Counted from the stretch's first letter, positions 1 through 11,159 are shown. The stretch: DNA of 64,000 bases from Candidatus Fermentithermobacillaceae bacterium (GCA_014896535.1 JADBKE010000007.1:4358-68357), one strand, 5' to 3'. The notes: generated by a model from the letters alone, not told the origin. Made by a program: numbers and translations.

Positions 1-348
1 TCCGGTCCCTCCCAGAGCAGCCTATTTGTTAAATACATCCTGCGCAAGCTCGTGTTCGGGTCGAAGGAGGAAATCTGGGTCACAGCCGGAAGAAAGGTTG
101 CCTACTAACTCTTGGCACGGACGGTCGCCTACTAACTCTTGACACGGACCTCCGGTTGAGGCTGGTGGAACCTCGGTACGAAGAGTGGCCGGAGCAGACA
201 ATAACGCGCGAAAACCTGGGAAAAAATCCTCTGGGAGTCATTCCGTCTCAAAGAGGAAACCCTGAACTCAATCATGCGCGACCTGCTCAGAGCAAAGACA
301 GCCACTTTCGCGGAACCTCTGCCCCCTCCCCCGAGTACCTGGTGATTC

Positions 349-2799
349 TCACGGACGGCCTTTCCAGGCTTCATCAGAACGAGTCGCCTTCTCCTTGAGA
401 CGCGCCTCGATTTGAGTGAGGCACTGTTCTGCCCTGGCTCTGATGGCATCGAATCCCTCACGCCCGCGGTTTTCGTCGCAAAGGGCCAGAACTTTCAGGC
501 AACGCTCCCTCGCTTCATCGAGGTCTCCGCCCTGTTCCTTGATTCTGGCCGCCTGCAACATGAATCTGGCCATGAACTCAGGCGACAAGCTTTCGCCCAG
601 CGACAAACCCTGCTCGAGAGCCTGTTCGGCTCCTTTAACATCGCGCCGGGCCAATCGCAGTGCGGCAACGGTATACCAGAACAGCTCCACCAGCGTTGTA
701 TTCTGAACCTGCCGGACGGCCTCTGCCGCTCGCTCCTCCGCAACAGGTGCCAGAGAAGGATCCTTCCTGGTGGTCGCCATGGCCTGGAAGGCAACGGCCA
801 CTGCAATCTCGGGAATGCCCTCAGCCAGCGCACGGTCCAGGTTTCTCATGGCACCAAGTGCCGCCTCGTCGAGATGGCCCTCGTCGGCCAACCTCTCGAC
901 GACAGCAAAAGCGTTCAGAGTCTTTAGGATAGGGTGATCCTGACCGAGTTCTATCATGCTATCGACATAGCGCGAATCTTCCCAAAGGACCACCGTCAGA
1001 CCCGGGCACCCCGGCGACGTGAGCTTTCCTCCACCAAACTTCAACTCCTCTGCAAGTATCCAGAGTGTATCCAGAGGCCAGGAACCCTCTCTAGCGCAGC
1101 ATTTCTTCAATTTCCGCCCGCTGCCGCAGAGACAGGGGTCGTTCCGGGAAGGGCCGCTCTTCAACAACCTCGGAAACCCGCCTGCAGCTACGTTCTGCAC
1201 AAAACGGAGTTTCAAAAGAAAAGACTCCACACTGAAGGGTTGGTTACGCGAATCTCTTGTGGTCCACTCGTGTAAATAGACCTGCACCAGCAGGTGAATG
1301 GCTTCGTGCGTCCCGAGACCGGCATCCCGCAGAACATCGAGGGTTTTTCTCAATTCGGCGCCCACGAGGTCTTCCCGCCGGAGCAAGTCTTCGACGACGC
1401 AGTGAGCCACAACGTGGCCGACGGGGTCCATGCTATCGATGACAAACCTCAGGTGAGACGGGGATGTGCTCAGAAAGAATACCGGGTCGAATTCGGAGTG
1501 CCTTTCGAGAATTCCGGCGAGGAAAAGGTCATCTTTCTTAATACGGCGGTTACCGATGACTTTCTCCCAAACCGCGCTAATCCTCTCCCGCATGCGCCGT
1601 GTGTCCAGGGCCTCGACCGGCCAAAGCCCCGCCGTTGTCTCCTGGATCACATCCTTGAGCCACGAGTACGGATTCGGGAACAACCCGGTTTCTTCGTCCA
1701 CGGTATCCGCGGTCCAGGAGGTCTCCGCCGCTGTTGGACGCCAGTATGGCATGATGAGTGAGGATATGATCTGAGCCTCCTCATCGCTTCCTGCCGCGCT
1801 GCTCTCGGGGAGGTGCTCCGGCAACCTTTCTTCACCAAGTAGGTAACGCGCGATGCGGGGGTTCTTGTAAAAACCCCTCCGCAATGCCCCTCTTGCAGCA
1901 GGGCAGTCCCCTTTTTCTCTGTATATCAGGTAGGCTTCGGCGTAGTCCCAAGAGGGAAAATCGTCGCGCCGCTCCCGGAGGAACTTCCGTACCTCCTCGA
2001 GCACGCCGAGTTCGAGATAGAGGGCGATCAAAATGTGCCGTACGCCCTGGTTATCCCCGGGGTTCAAACGAAGAATTTCTTCGTATAATGAGAGCGCTTC
2101 GCGCTTTTCCCCCGTCTCGTAGAGAAAATTGGCCAGAGCGAGTTTGGCCCGCAAGTACGGACGACCGGGGAGTACGGACCACAGGTCTCGTTGTTCTTCT
2201 CCGATAACGATTCCCTCGTCTTCGAGAGCGGCTTTTCCGACCTCGCAAGCCCGCTCCAGAAGGCTCCTCTTCTTTTCCGGGTTGTCCTCGAAACCAGCCA
2301 GTATCGTGTACGCGTCGGCGCAGTTAGCGTAGACAGATAAAGCTTCTTTGGCCAGCTTGACCTGCCTCTTTGGACTGGCCCCGACGGTCTTGTATATGAT
2401 CCTCTGCGCCTCGAAAAACGGGGAAGCCGGCTCGACAGTCGGGACCTTACCGGCCTTCTTATACGGCTCAAAAAAGCGCTCCAATTCGTCGCTGGATTCG
2501 AACTTCATCCGCGCGGCGACGTTGGCTATCTCCATCGTGGTCGATTCGACCACACGAATACTGGTAGAACCCGGTCGCTGGAACAGGATAACCGGGGGCC
2601 GCATCCAACGTTTTTGCTTTGTTTCCTCCTGCGCCTCGCCCGGTGTTCGCCCGCTTTCGCCGCAACCCATGCAGCCAAGTGCCCGCTCCAGCATGGAATC
2701 GACGAGATGCCGTCCGGGCAAGTCAGATCCTTTGTCGCCCACTCTGTACCCACCCTTCGTCCGAGGTTCCCTTACGACCAGGCCGGAATATCTCCTCAC
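349..2799 (-). CDS. TPR-repeat protein with C-terminal SEC-C metal-binding motif
   Basis: 816-aa ORF with repeated helical TPR-like segments and a CLCGSGRKLKKCC motif (SecA C-terminal CxCGSGKKxKxCC type). Real start is probably an internal Met (MEIANVAARM, ~2538). Confidence 0.55.
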   Translation of the reverse strand: MRRYSGLVVREPRTKGGYRVGDKGSDLPGRHLVDSMLERALGCMGCGESGRTPGEAQEETKQKRWMRPPVILFQRPGSTSIRVVESTTMEIANVAARMKFESSDELERFFEPYKKAGKVPTVEPASPFFEAQRIIYKTVGASPKRQVKLAKEALSVYANCADAYTILAGFEDNPEKKRSLLERACEVGKAALEDEGIVIGEEQRDLWSVLPGRPYLRAKLALANFLYETGEKREALSLYEEILRLNPGDNQGVRHILIALYLELGVLEEVRKFLRERRDDFPSWDYAEAYLIYREKGDCPAARGALRRGFYKNPRIARYLLGEERLPEHLPESSAAGSDEEAQIISSLIMPYWRPTAAETSWTADTVDEETGLFPNPYSWLKDVIQETTAGLWPVEALDTRRMRERISAVWEKVIGNRRIKKDDLFLAGILERHSEFDPVFFLSTSPSHLRFVIDSMDPVGHVVAHCVVEDLLRREDLVGAELRKTLDVLRDAGLGTHEAIHLLVQVYLHEWTTRDSRNQPFSVESFLLKLRFVQNVAAGGFPRLLKSGPSRNDPCLCGSGRKLKKCCAREGSWPLDTLWILAEELKFGGGKLTSPGCPGLTVVLWEDSRYVDSMIELGQDHPILKTLNAFAVVERLADEGHLDEAALGAMRNLDRALAEGIPEIAVAVAFQAMATTRKDPSLAPVAEERAAEAVRQVQNTTLVELFWYTVAALRLARRDVKGAEQALEQGLSLGESLSPEFMARFMLQAARIKEQGGDLDEARERCLKVLALCDENRGREGFDAIRARAEQCLTQIEARLKEKATRSDEAWKGRP

Positions 2800-2893
2800 A
2801 CAGCATAACCCAAAGCCGCGTGCTGTGTGTAGCCCGTACCCAACCCGGTTTGGGATGAGCCTTCACGACGTTGATTTAGTTCTCCAGGTTGAC

Positions 2894-4594
2894 TTAGTTC
2901 TCCAGATAAAGTTCCAAGCGCGACGGAGTCCTGAGACCGAAATATACCTCCTGCCTCGCCTTCACCGCGCGATCTTCCAACCAGGGAAGCTTCTCGGTGT
3001 TCATATTCCGGTCGTACTTAGGAAAGTTGGATGAGGATATCTCCAGCCTCACCCTGTGCCCCTTTCCGAAGACGTGGGCGCAAGCACCCAGAGAAATGCG
3101 GAACTCCGCAACCTTACCTGGCTCGAGAAGCTCCGGCCTGTCGAACCCATTCCGGTACCTCGCCCGGACGATCCCGTCGGTCACGATCCGGGGTGTACCG
3201 TTTTCGTCCACGTCAACGAGTTTGCCGGTAAAATCCGTGTCCGGACATGACGAAGCTGCGTACAGTACCAGAGTTACCGGGCCTGCCACGCGGAGGGGGT
3301 TGTCGAGCGGAGGCGTGTCGTACACCAGGACGTCCTCCCGCAGGTGACTGTGCTGCTCCACGGGTCCGGGCACCAGTCCGGCCCGGGGGAATTCCCACAA
3401 TGCCCCGCCTTCGGTGGGTACCGGATCCAGCGGGTCGTATATGTACGTGTGCCTTCCTTCCTCCGGCGCCCAATCTTCGTTTCCCCTCGCCGCTCCACTC
3501 GCTTCCCCTTCTGGATCCCGGACTAGTCCATTTGCGGAAAGGTAAAACCGCGTCAAAACAGCTCCTTCAGGTGGCCACTTCCGGTATTCGCGCCACCCCG
3601 GCTCCGAACCGGTGAAAAAGCAGCGAACACAGCTCTCGTCTTCGCGATATGTATGGCGGTATCCCTGGCCGTCCCCACAGCAGCTTTCATCCGGGTTTAC
3701 CCCGCTCTCTTTCCCCTTAAGCCACCTGTCGAACCACGCCAGCGCCTCCCTCCCAAAGGAAGCACCCGAACCGGGCCCGTAGTCGACTCCACCGGCAAGC
3801 TTCGTTCGCCCCAGTATCCCGTTGTGGCTCCAGGGCCCCAGAACCAGACGCTGAGGCACTTCTGAGCTTGACATCTCCTGATACGGTCTCAGCGTGGCGT
3901 CGAGCAGAAAATCGAACCAGCCTCCAAAGTGAAGGCCGGGTACTCTGCACTTCTTTACGTAATCCCAAACGTCGTTCTCATGCCAGAACCGAGACCCCGG
4001 ACCATCCGATATCAAAGCTTCCCAGAGGGAACTGGTCCCGCGGGGCAAAATACCGGCGACGGGCAACGTGGAGTACGCCTGGGGAAACAGGACGTCCTGC
4101 AATTTCCCCTCCTGAATGAGCACCCACGGCAGAGCGTGGTGGAGTCTCAAAGCCCCCCCTTGCCAGGTGAGGGTATCTGCGGACACCGGGATGGTGACCC
4201 AGACGGCAGCTTTCACTTGTTCGGGAAAGAGGGAGGCGATGGCGATGCTGGCCGAGGCAAGGTAGGAAACCCCGATTATCCCCAAAGTCCCGTTGCACCA
4301 GGGCTGACTCAGAATCCACCGGGCGGTCTCTTCGGCGTCGGGGGGTTCCTGCGACAGAAAGCCGAACGTCCCGCCAGACTCGCCCGTGCCCCGGACATCC
4401 TGAACGACCACGGCATACCCATTCCTCGCAAAGAAATCACCGAGGGCGGACAGATTTTTCCTGCCATAGGGAGTCCTCACCACCAGAGCGGGACAGTCTC
4501 GGCCGCACGGTAAAGCTTCAGGCGGCAAATAGACATCCGTCGCTAGCACGGCCCCGCCTTTCGCGGGAATCTGGTATGTAACAGCGCGTAGCAT
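2894..4594 (-). CDS. CocE/NonD family hydrolase (S15 X-Pro dipeptidyl-peptidase-like alpha/beta hydrolase)
   Basis: 566 aa. N-terminal VRTPYGR...GYAVVVQDVRGTGESGG and GVSYLA nucleophile-elbow region are typical of the CocE/NonD family, plus a C-terminal beta-sandwich region. Confidence 0.75.
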   Translation of the reverse strand: MLRAVTYQIPAKGGAVLATDVYLPPEALPCGRDCPALVVRTPYGRKNLSALGDFFARNGYAVVVQDVRGTGESGGTFGFLSQEPPDAEETARWILSQPWCNGTLGIIGVSYLASASIAIASLFPEQVKAAVWVTIPVSADTLTWQGGALRLHHALPWVLIQEGKLQDVLFPQAYSTLPVAGILPRGTSSLWEALISDGPGSRFWHENDVWDYVKKCRVPGLHFGGWFDFLLDATLRPYQEMSSSEVPQRLVLGPWSHNGILGRTKLAGGVDYGPGSGASFGREALAWFDRWLKGKESGVNPDESCCGDGQGYRHTYREDESCVRCFFTGSEPGWREYRKWPPEGAVLTRFYLSANGLVRDPEGEASGAARGNEDWAPEEGRHTYIYDPLDPVPTEGGALWEFPRAGLVPGPVEQHSHLREDVLVYDTPPLDNPLRVAGPVTLVLYAASSCPDTDFTGKLVDVDENGTPRIVTDGIVRARYRNGFDRPELLEPGKVAEFRISLGACAHVFGKGHRVRLEISSSNFPKYDRNMNTEKLPWLEDRAVKARQEVYFGLRTPSRLELYLEN

Positions 4595-4907
4595 GTGACC
4601 TGTGCCTCCTCGAGCTGGCCCATCGAAACTGAGTTACGCAGACGGACTATCCAGGTCGCAAAAACATGTCGTCCTTATCTCGTCGGTCTGGCCCATCAAA
4701 CCCAAGGCTTGGTCTATCGCACCGGATTTTGGAGAGCAGACTGCGGTGAGACAAACCGCCTTGACCAGTCCGAGTTCGGCAAAGATGGGCCACTCAGGCT
4801 GGCTTAACTGCGAGTAGCATGTAACCGGAAGGACCATTCTGACGGGATCTACTGTCTTATCCCATGAACTCGCCAGCGCAACAAAGAACGCCCTCTCCTG
4901 GTCATGA

Positions 4908-5465
4908 TTACCCATGGTGATGGCCTCCCGCGGTCAAGCTCCTCTTCTCAGGAAAGAGCACCCGCCAGTCACGCCTGCATAGCGACAACACCAAGGGGAC
5001 ACCAACAAGCTGGATTATCACGCCGGGAAGGGACTGGCCGATAGCTCCGACCAACGGTGCCCACAACGGGACCTTCTCAAAACCGAAGAGGGGCAAGACC
5101 AAGTAGCCCAGAATACCATACGCCACTCGCCCGCCGATCATGGCGCCGATGAGTGAAACATACCCTCCAAGATGAAGCTTTTCGTATAGAAGTCCAGTTA
5201 GAAGCCCATACAGTGCCAATTCGAAAACCATCATCTGCGCCACAGGCGGCATGAGGGGCGGCATGCCGGTTAGAAACGCGCTGAGTAGCGGACTTACCAT
5301 GCCGACCAACATACCTACTACCGGCCCGCAGAAGAACCCGGCCAGCAATACCGGGATATGCATCGGCAAGAACACCTTCCCCAGCCCAACCGCATGGAAC
5401 ATCATGGGTAAAAGAATTGCCAGTGCGATGAATAACGCACCAAACGCCAATTTCCTCGTAGTCAT
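4908..5465 (-). CDS. integral membrane protein, ECF-transporter S-component-like
   Basis: Very hydrophobic ORF with 5-6 predicted TM helices, ~185 aa from internal start MTTRKLAFGALFIALAILLP. Size and topology fit energy-coupling-factor substrate-capture components, but the family is not certain. Confidence 0.4.
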   Translation of the reverse strand: MTTRKLAFGALFIALAILLPMMFHAVGLGKVFLPMHIPVLLAGFFCGPVVGMLVGMVSPLLSAFLTGMPPLMPPVAQMMVFELALYGLLTGLLYEKLHLGGYVSLIGAMIGGRVAYGILGYLVLPLFGFEKVPLWAPLVGAIGQSLPGVIIQLVGVPLVLSLCRRDWRVLFPEKRSLTAGGHHHG

Positions 5466-5857
5466 CCGCAACCACCAATCGTCAGCGCCGTCAGAGGGTC
5501 CGGCTTGACCAGTCCGAGCTTGGCAAACAGGGGCCCGAGAGCCCAAAATAACGCCGCAATTACCGCCCATGAAAACCACGACATACGGAAATTACCTCCC
5601 GCACTCAATATTGGCCCCCTGAAGCCACCAAATGCTTCCCGGAGTCACAAAATGCCTCCTGAGGTCAGCAAATAACCGCCGAAGTCAGGAACATTTCCTG
5701 AACTCGGTTGATGTGCTCGGAGAAAGCTCAATTCCTCATGGCCCTTCCACTGGGGAATTTCCGGGACCAGCGTAACCGCAAGCGATATGCACTGTTGAGC
5801 GAACCGGCGTTCCTCGTCAAATCCCGCCGGGACACCGGTTACCACGCTACGCTCCAG

Positions 5858-6436
5858 CTAACGGCCCCTATCGAAATAGATGCTCTTTCCCGTCGCGCTC
5901 AACGGAATCCCGACCACGATCTCGTCGTCGCACAGCCCCATCCTCTTCGCCACCACTCCGACCCTGTACATGACGCGGTTGTCTACGTTCAGCATCGAAG
6001 CGGTCTTAACTGCAGATCCCACTGCAATACCGAGATCGAGCAGCCGCCAGGCGCATACCGGCCCATCGAACTCCGTACCCTTGCGCATCTCGAGTTCCGC
6101 GCAAGTGTTGTAGCCGCAGGCGCCGCAGTTCAGTCCCGCCGTCTCTGCATCCTTGAGACCGATCAAAACCACCGCACCGGAGTTCCTTACGTTTTCACCG
6201 TCCCTGTCGAAGTTCTTCTTACCGGAAGCGTGCCCGTACGCGATCATCTCGTCTGCAAGCCGGTTCAGTATCTCGCCCGAGAGTATCCTTGTGCTGACAT
6301 AGTCCTTGCCCGCTGCCTTCGGTGCGGTCCTTGCAGACAGACACATGAGTTGTGCCGCCATGAGCAGGCCCTGGGTTTCTCCAGGATCTTTGTGCATTGA
6401 ATTCCCTGCCTTCCCACAAGATGTCCAGGTATTCAT
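5858..6436 (-). CDS. DUF2148-like ferredoxin-domain protein (hypothetical)
   Basis: 192-aa ORF with Cys cluster GLNCGACGYNTCAE. The antisense 230-aa ORF on + looks like a GC artefact (R/H-rich). Confidence 0.4.
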   Translation of the reverse strand: MNTWTSCGKAGNSMHKDPGETQGLLMAAQLMCLSARTAPKAAGKDYVSTRILSGEILNRLADEMIAYGHASGKKNFDRDGENVRNSGAVVLIGLKDAETAGLNCGACGYNTCAELEMRKGTEFDGPVCAWRLLDLGIAVGSAVKTASMLNVDNRVMYRVGVVAKRMGLCDDEIVVGIPLSATGKSIYFDRGR

Positions 6437-6627
6437 GATGTTTAGGTATTTTGCTTTCAGTAATTCGCTGCAACGAAAGGCTGCTCCTACTTGCCGTTGG
6501 CACGAGCAGTCTCACCGACACAACGCATATGGCGTCCTCCCAGGCACGGGAGTCCATGTGCCTGGCGACCCGCCCCAAATGCATCTACTGAGCTCGGGAA
6601 GTACCTCCCGACGCAGCCTCGTACGGC

Positions 6628-7893
6628 TCAGCTCCGTGAGAAGAAATCCAGGCAGACCTGGACAAACACAGCCGCCCCTATATGAAGCACGCTTTCGTCT
6701 ATGTCAAACTTGGGATGGTGATGGGGGTACACTATGCCCTTCTCCGGGTTGCCAGAACCGACGCCGAAGAACGTCCCCGGAACTCTTTGCAGATAGAAGG
6801 CCATGTCTTCGCCTCCCATAACGGGCTCAATGCTGCAGACGTTTTCGGGCCCCACCACTTTGGCAGCGGATTCGGCGACGAGGCTAGTCACACCCTCGTG
6901 GTTTACGACGGGTGGGTACCCGTAGTGGTAGTTCACAGCGGCCTCCGCCCTCATGCCCGAGGCTATGCTGGTAGCTATCTGACGAATCCGGTCGGCTATA
7001 AAATTGCCGAGCTTTGTGTCGAGGTACCTTACCGTGCCCTGCATCAGACACGTCTCCGGAATAATGTTGTGGGCAGTTCCCGCATGGATGGTTCCTACGG
7101 TCAAAACCGCCGGGCTCAGCGGATTGATTTCCCTGGATACGACGGTCTGTAGTGCCGCACATATGTGACATGCCACTACTACCGGATCTACCGACATGTG
7201 CGGAGCGGCGCCGTGCCCGCCGCGACCCCTGACACCTATCTCGAACCGGTCGCTAGCAGCCATCAGCGGGCCTGCCTTAACCCCGACCTGACCCCTGGCG
7301 AGTTTCCACAGAACTCCGAGATGTGCCCCGACTATCGCGTCAACGGGGGGATCGTCCAGGGCTCCATCTTCTATCATGAGCCGGGCCCCACCGGCTCCCT
7401 CCTCACCCGGCTGGAAGATGAACTTGACGTTTCCCGGAAGCTGATCTCTCATCCGCGACAGGACCGTTGCAGCCCCAAGAAGCATAGCAATATGTCCATC
7501 GTGGCCGCACGCGTGCATGGCACCGGGAATCTTCGACGCATAAGGCAAACCTGTTTCCTCCTGGATGGGGAGAGCGTCCATATCTGCACGGAGGGCTATG
7601 GTCTTGCGGGCACCGCCTTCGGCGCCGGAGCCACGTTCGACCTCTTTTCCGTGTTTCGTGCCCCTCAGCAGGCCCACAACTCCCCAGCCACCTACCCTCT
7701 CCCGCACCTCGATCCCCAGGTCGGACATAACGCGGGCCACGAGCTCCGCTGTCCTCGGGACCTCCAGGCCGATTTCTGGGTACTGGTGGACCAGACGACG
7801 CCACTGGATTATGTCTTTCTCAATCGCTTTACAAGCTTGCAAGACATCCATATAGGCACCTCCAAGAGCTCCGGGACAGGTGGGATGCGGCAC
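6628..7893 (-). CDS. M20 family amidohydrolase (aminoacylase/hippurate-hydrolase type)
   Basis: 421 aa. Metal-binding motifs ACGHDGH, FQPGEEGAGGA and GRGGHGAAPH are typical of peptidase family M20D. Start is likely the internal Met near 7851. Confidence 0.8.
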   Translation of the reverse strand: MPHPTCPGALGGAYMDVLQACKAIEKDIIQWRRLVHQYPEIGLEVPRTAELVARVMSDLGIEVRERVGGWGVVGLLRGTKHGKEVERGSGAEGGARKTIALRADMDALPIQEETGLPYASKIPGAMHACGHDGHIAMLLGAATVLSRMRDQLPGNVKFIFQPGEEGAGGARLMIEDGALDDPPVDAIVGAHLGVLWKLARGQVGVKAGPLMAASDRFEIGVRGRGGHGAAPHMSVDPVVVACHICAALQTVVSREINPLSPAVLTVGTIHAGTAHNIIPETCLMQGTVRYLDTKLGNFIADRIRQIATSIASGMRAEAAVNYHYGYPPVVNHEGVTSLVAESAAKVVGPENVCSIEPVMGGEDMAFYLQRVPGTFFGVGSGNPEKGIVYPHHHPKFDIDESVLHIGAAVFVQVCLDFFSRS

Positions 7894-8114
7894 GCCGCTC
7901 CCTGGACGAACTTCGCCTCAAGCACGGAAGACCTCTCATGAAGGTCGGAGCTTCCCTCCCCCGTCACCGCTGATCTAACCCACGGACTCCGTGTTCCGCT
8001 CTCCCGGCACCTCCTCCCCGCTTTCCTTAGGAGAGTTCACCCTCGTGAACACGGCATACAGCACCGGTATGACGAACAGCGTGAAGAGCGTGGACGAAGC
8101 GAGGCCCCCCATCG

Positions 8115-11100
8115 TTACGAGCGCCATCGGAGCGCCGGAGCCCCTCCCTGTCCGAGTCCGAGCGCCATGGGTATGAGGCCCAGGATCGTGGTGAGACTCG
8201 TCATCAGGACCGGCCTCACTCTCCTGCGGGATCCTTCGATCACGGCTTCCCGAGGCGGAAGGCCAGCCATTCGCCTCTGAATGATGAAATCCACCAGGAC
8301 GATTCCGTTGTTCACAACCACGCCGGCCAGCACGATGACGCCCATGAAGGCGGTGATTCCGAAGGCGTAACCGGACAGGTACAGAGCGAGCAGCACACCT
8401 ACTGCCGCCAGCGGCATGGTGAAGAATATGATGAACGGTATGCCCAGGGATTCAAAAGACGCGGCCATAATCATGTAGACCAGCACGACGGCGAGACACA
8501 GGGCAAACCTTAACCCGGAGAATCCTTCCTGCATGATCTCCGAGAGTCCCCCGATGGAGATGGAGTAGCCCTCGGGTAGCGTGGTTTCGGAGATCAGCTC
8601 GACAAGGTCCTCCGTGACGCTTCCGAGGCTTCTCCCGGCAAACTGGCCGGTCAACCGGGCACTGAGCTTCTGGTTGTTTCTGGCGATCACCACGGGCCCT
8701 TCGCCAGGAACGATGGACGCCACGTCCCGGAGTCTCACCGGACCGGACCTACCCCAGAGAAGGATGTTCTTGAGGTCCGAGACGTCCCTGACGGACTCCG
8801 GGTCGAACTTGACCACGATGTCCTGCGTGCTCACGCCCTGGGAGCTTTCCGGTTCGGGTTTCTCGAATCTCGAAACGGTTTGCCCCCGCACGGCCCTGGA
8901 TACCGCCAGAGCCACCTGGGCCGGAGTAAGGCCGTTGAGGGAAGCTTTTTCCCCGTCGACCACCACCATCATTTCGGGCTTTCTCGCCGTCAGGCTCGAA
9001 CGCACGGCCTTCATCCCTGGAATGGATGCCATCTTGGTGGCGAAGTCTTCGCTCAGTCTCTGAACCTCACGAACGTCGGGCCCGGACACGACCACCTCCA
9101 CGGTTCCCGGCGCGCTCCCCGACATCATCAGGATGGACGACTGCGGGCTGAAGGTCACGGTGGCGTCCTCCACAACCTCTTTGACCTTCCGTTCTATGCG
9201 TTCCATCACGGACCTCGTTGCCTTCTCCCGCGTCACCCGGTCGGTCAGCTTGACGGAAATACGGGCATCCGCAGAGCCGGTGAAGAACGACTGAAGCATG
9301 CCCAGACCCTCCGGCTTGCCTATCGTCACGCTGTACGCCGCGACCGAGTCGTCGGAATCCAGGATCTCCTCGATATCCCTCACGACCTCGTCGATCCGCT
9401 CGAGCGGCGTCCCTTCCCTCATGCTAAGGGTTATGGCAAAGGCTCCTTCGTCGGCCTCGGGGAGGAACTCCGTCTGAATCTTCGGAAGCAGTAGCCAGAC
9501 CGTCCCCGACATCCCCACAAAGACCACGGTCAGAAACAAAGCCCTGTGGTCCAGGCACCAGCCGAGGATTCTCCCGTAAACGCTGCGCCCCCGTTCGCCT
9601 CCGTCCTCCGGGGCCGGCGTCGTGGTTCCGGCGTTTCTATCACGGCTTCTGCGGAAGAGCAGCTTTGAAGCAAGCATGGGAACTACCGTCACTGCTACCA
9701 CCAGTGAAGCCAGGAGCGAAAAGCTTACGGTAAGTGCGAGCTCCTTGAACAGAATACCGCTTATGCCTCCGACGAAAACCACTGGCAGGAATACCACCAC
9801 CGTGGTTAGCGTGGAAGCCGTGATGGCCATCTGAACCTCTTCCGCCCCGGTTATGGCTGCCCGAACGGGGTCCTCTCCCCTCTCGACGTGCTGGAAGATG
9901 TTTTCCAGGACCACGATGGAGTTGTCCACCAGCATGCCGACCCCCAGGGCGAGACCACCCATGGTCATGATGTTGAGGGTGAGCTTGCCGAAGTAGAGGA
10001 GGACGAACGTGGCTATCACCGAGAACGGTATGCTTATTCCTATGACAAGCGTACTCCTAACGTCCCTCAAGAACAGAAGAAGTACCAGGGCGGCCAGGAC
10101 TGCACCCATGAGGAGGTTGTCCGCCACAGAACCGATGGCTTCCTCGATGAACTTGGCCTGATCCATGCTGATCACGATGTCAAGACCGCCCAGTTCGGAG
10201 GAGATCTCTTCGAGCTCCCGCCTCACCGCTCGGGCTACGAACACGGTGTTCGCCGTGCCTTCTTTCTGTATCGTCATCGCCACGCTGGGTTTTCCGTTGA
10301 TCCGGGCGATGGAACCTCCGCGAACAACCTCCTCCTCGACGGTAGCTACGTCTCCGAGTCTTACGGGGATGACCTGCGGGCCCATCCCAGGCACCGGGGC
10401 CTCCAGCGGAACATACCCGACTATGAGATCCTTAAGCTCGTCGAGATTCTTCAGTTTCCCGCTGAAACGGAGGTCCAGGACCAGGCCGTCGTTCTCTACC
10501 GTCCCAAGCGGGAAGTTGAGGTTCGAAGCTGAAATGACGGCCGAGACGACATCCTGTGTGAGATGATACGCGTTCAGTTTGGACGGATCCAGTTTGACCG
10601 TGACCTGCTTCGTAACACCGCCGAGGATGTCCACCGAGGCGACGCCCTCCAACCCCTCGAGCCGGGGTTTTATCGTCTTCGTCGCGAGTTCGGTTAGTCC
10701 GGCGACGTCGACGCCTTCTGGTGCCGTCAGGGAGACCTGCATGACCGGCAACAACGTCGGGTCGAACTCCACCACGACCGGTTTGTCCGCTCCCTCGGGG
10801 AGCGGAACGAGATCGATCCGCTGGGATATATCCTCCCTGGCCTCGGCCATGTCTTGCCCCCAGTCGAACATCATGATGATTGCCGATATGCCTTCCTGGG
10901 ATATCGAGGTTATCTCCTTGGTGCCCGGAACCGTCGCTGCGGCGGATTCCAGCGGAACCGTCACGAGGTCGGCCACTTCCTGAGGAGACGCACCTTGAAA
11001 GAAGGTTATTATGGCGGCGACGGGCGGGTTGATCTTCGGGAGGAGATCCAGGCCCAACCTGCTATAGGACACCACCCCGAGGATGATCACCATCAGCATT

Positions 11101-11159
11101 AGCATGAGGGCAGTAACAGGTCTTCTAACCGAAATCGCGGGAAGACTCATATCCGTCAC
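8115..11159 (-). CDS. RND efflux transporter permease (AcrB/HAE1 family), C-terminus apparently frameshifted
   Basis: 1014 aa with AcrB-like 12-TM architecture and large periplasmic loops. The conserved C-terminal segment (MALVTMGGLASSTLFTLFVIPVLY) is encoded in another frame running to ~7968. Confidence 0.85.
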   Translation of the reverse strand: MTDMSLPAISVRRPVTALMLMLMVIILGVVSYSRLGLDLLPKINPPVAAIITFFQGASPQEVADLVTVPLESAAATVPGTKEITSISQEGISAIIMMFDWGQDMAEAREDISQRIDLVPLPEGADKPVVVEFDPTLLPVMQVSLTAPEGVDVAGLTELATKTIKPRLEGLEGVASVDILGGVTKQVTVKLDPSKLNAYHLTQDVVSAVISASNLNFPLGTVENDGLVLDLRFSGKLKNLDELKDLIVGYVPLEAPVPGMGPQVIPVRLGDVATVEEEVVRGGSIARINGKPSVAMTIQKEGTANTVFVARAVRRELEEISSELGGLDIVISMDQAKFIEEAIGSVADNLLMGAVLAALVLLLFLRDVRSTLVIGISIPFSVIATFVLLYFGKLTLNIMTMGGLALGVGMLVDNSIVVLENIFQHVERGEDPVRAAITGAEEVQMAITASTLTTVVVFLPVVFVGGISGILFKELALTVSFSLLASLVVAVTVVPMLASKLLFRRSRDRNAGTTTPAPEDGGERGRSVYGRILGWCLDHRALFLTVVFVGMSGTVWLLLPKIQTEFLPEADEGAFAITLSMREGTPLERIDEVVRDIEEILDSDDSVAAYSVTIGKPEGLGMLQSFFTGSADARISVKLTDRVTREKATRSVMERIERKVKEVVEDATVTFSPQSSILMMSGSAPGTVEVVVSGPDVREVQRLSEDFATKMASIPGMKAVRSSLTARKPEMMVVVDGEKASLNGLTPAQVALAVSRAVRGQTVSRFEKPEPESSQGVSTQDIVVKFDPESVRDVSDLKNILLWGRSGPVRLRDVASIVPGEGPVVIARNNQKLSARLTGQFAGRSLGSVTEDLVELISETTLPEGYSISIGGLSEIMQEGFSGLRFALCLAVVLVYMIMAASFESLGIPFIIFFTMPLAAVGVLLALYLSGYAFGITAFMGVIVLAGVVVNNGIVLVDFIIQRRMAGLPPREAVIEGSRRRVRPVLMTSLTTILGLIPMALGLGQGGAPALRWRS

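Noticed and set aside
132-461. Small overlapping ORFs (109 aa minus, 80 aa plus) at the 3' end of the TPR/SEC-C gene
   Set aside because: They overlap the terminus of a much longer supported ORF, have low-complexity translation and no start context.
5708-6400. 230-aa plus-strand ORF antisense to the DUF2148-like gene
   Set aside because: R/H/C-rich improbable composition, whereas the minus-strand frame has a plausible Cys-cluster domain.
8581-11102. Multiple 130-215-aa plus-strand ORFs inside the RND transporter gene
   Set aside because: They are antisense to a well-supported 1014-aa AcrB-like CDS and lack motifs.
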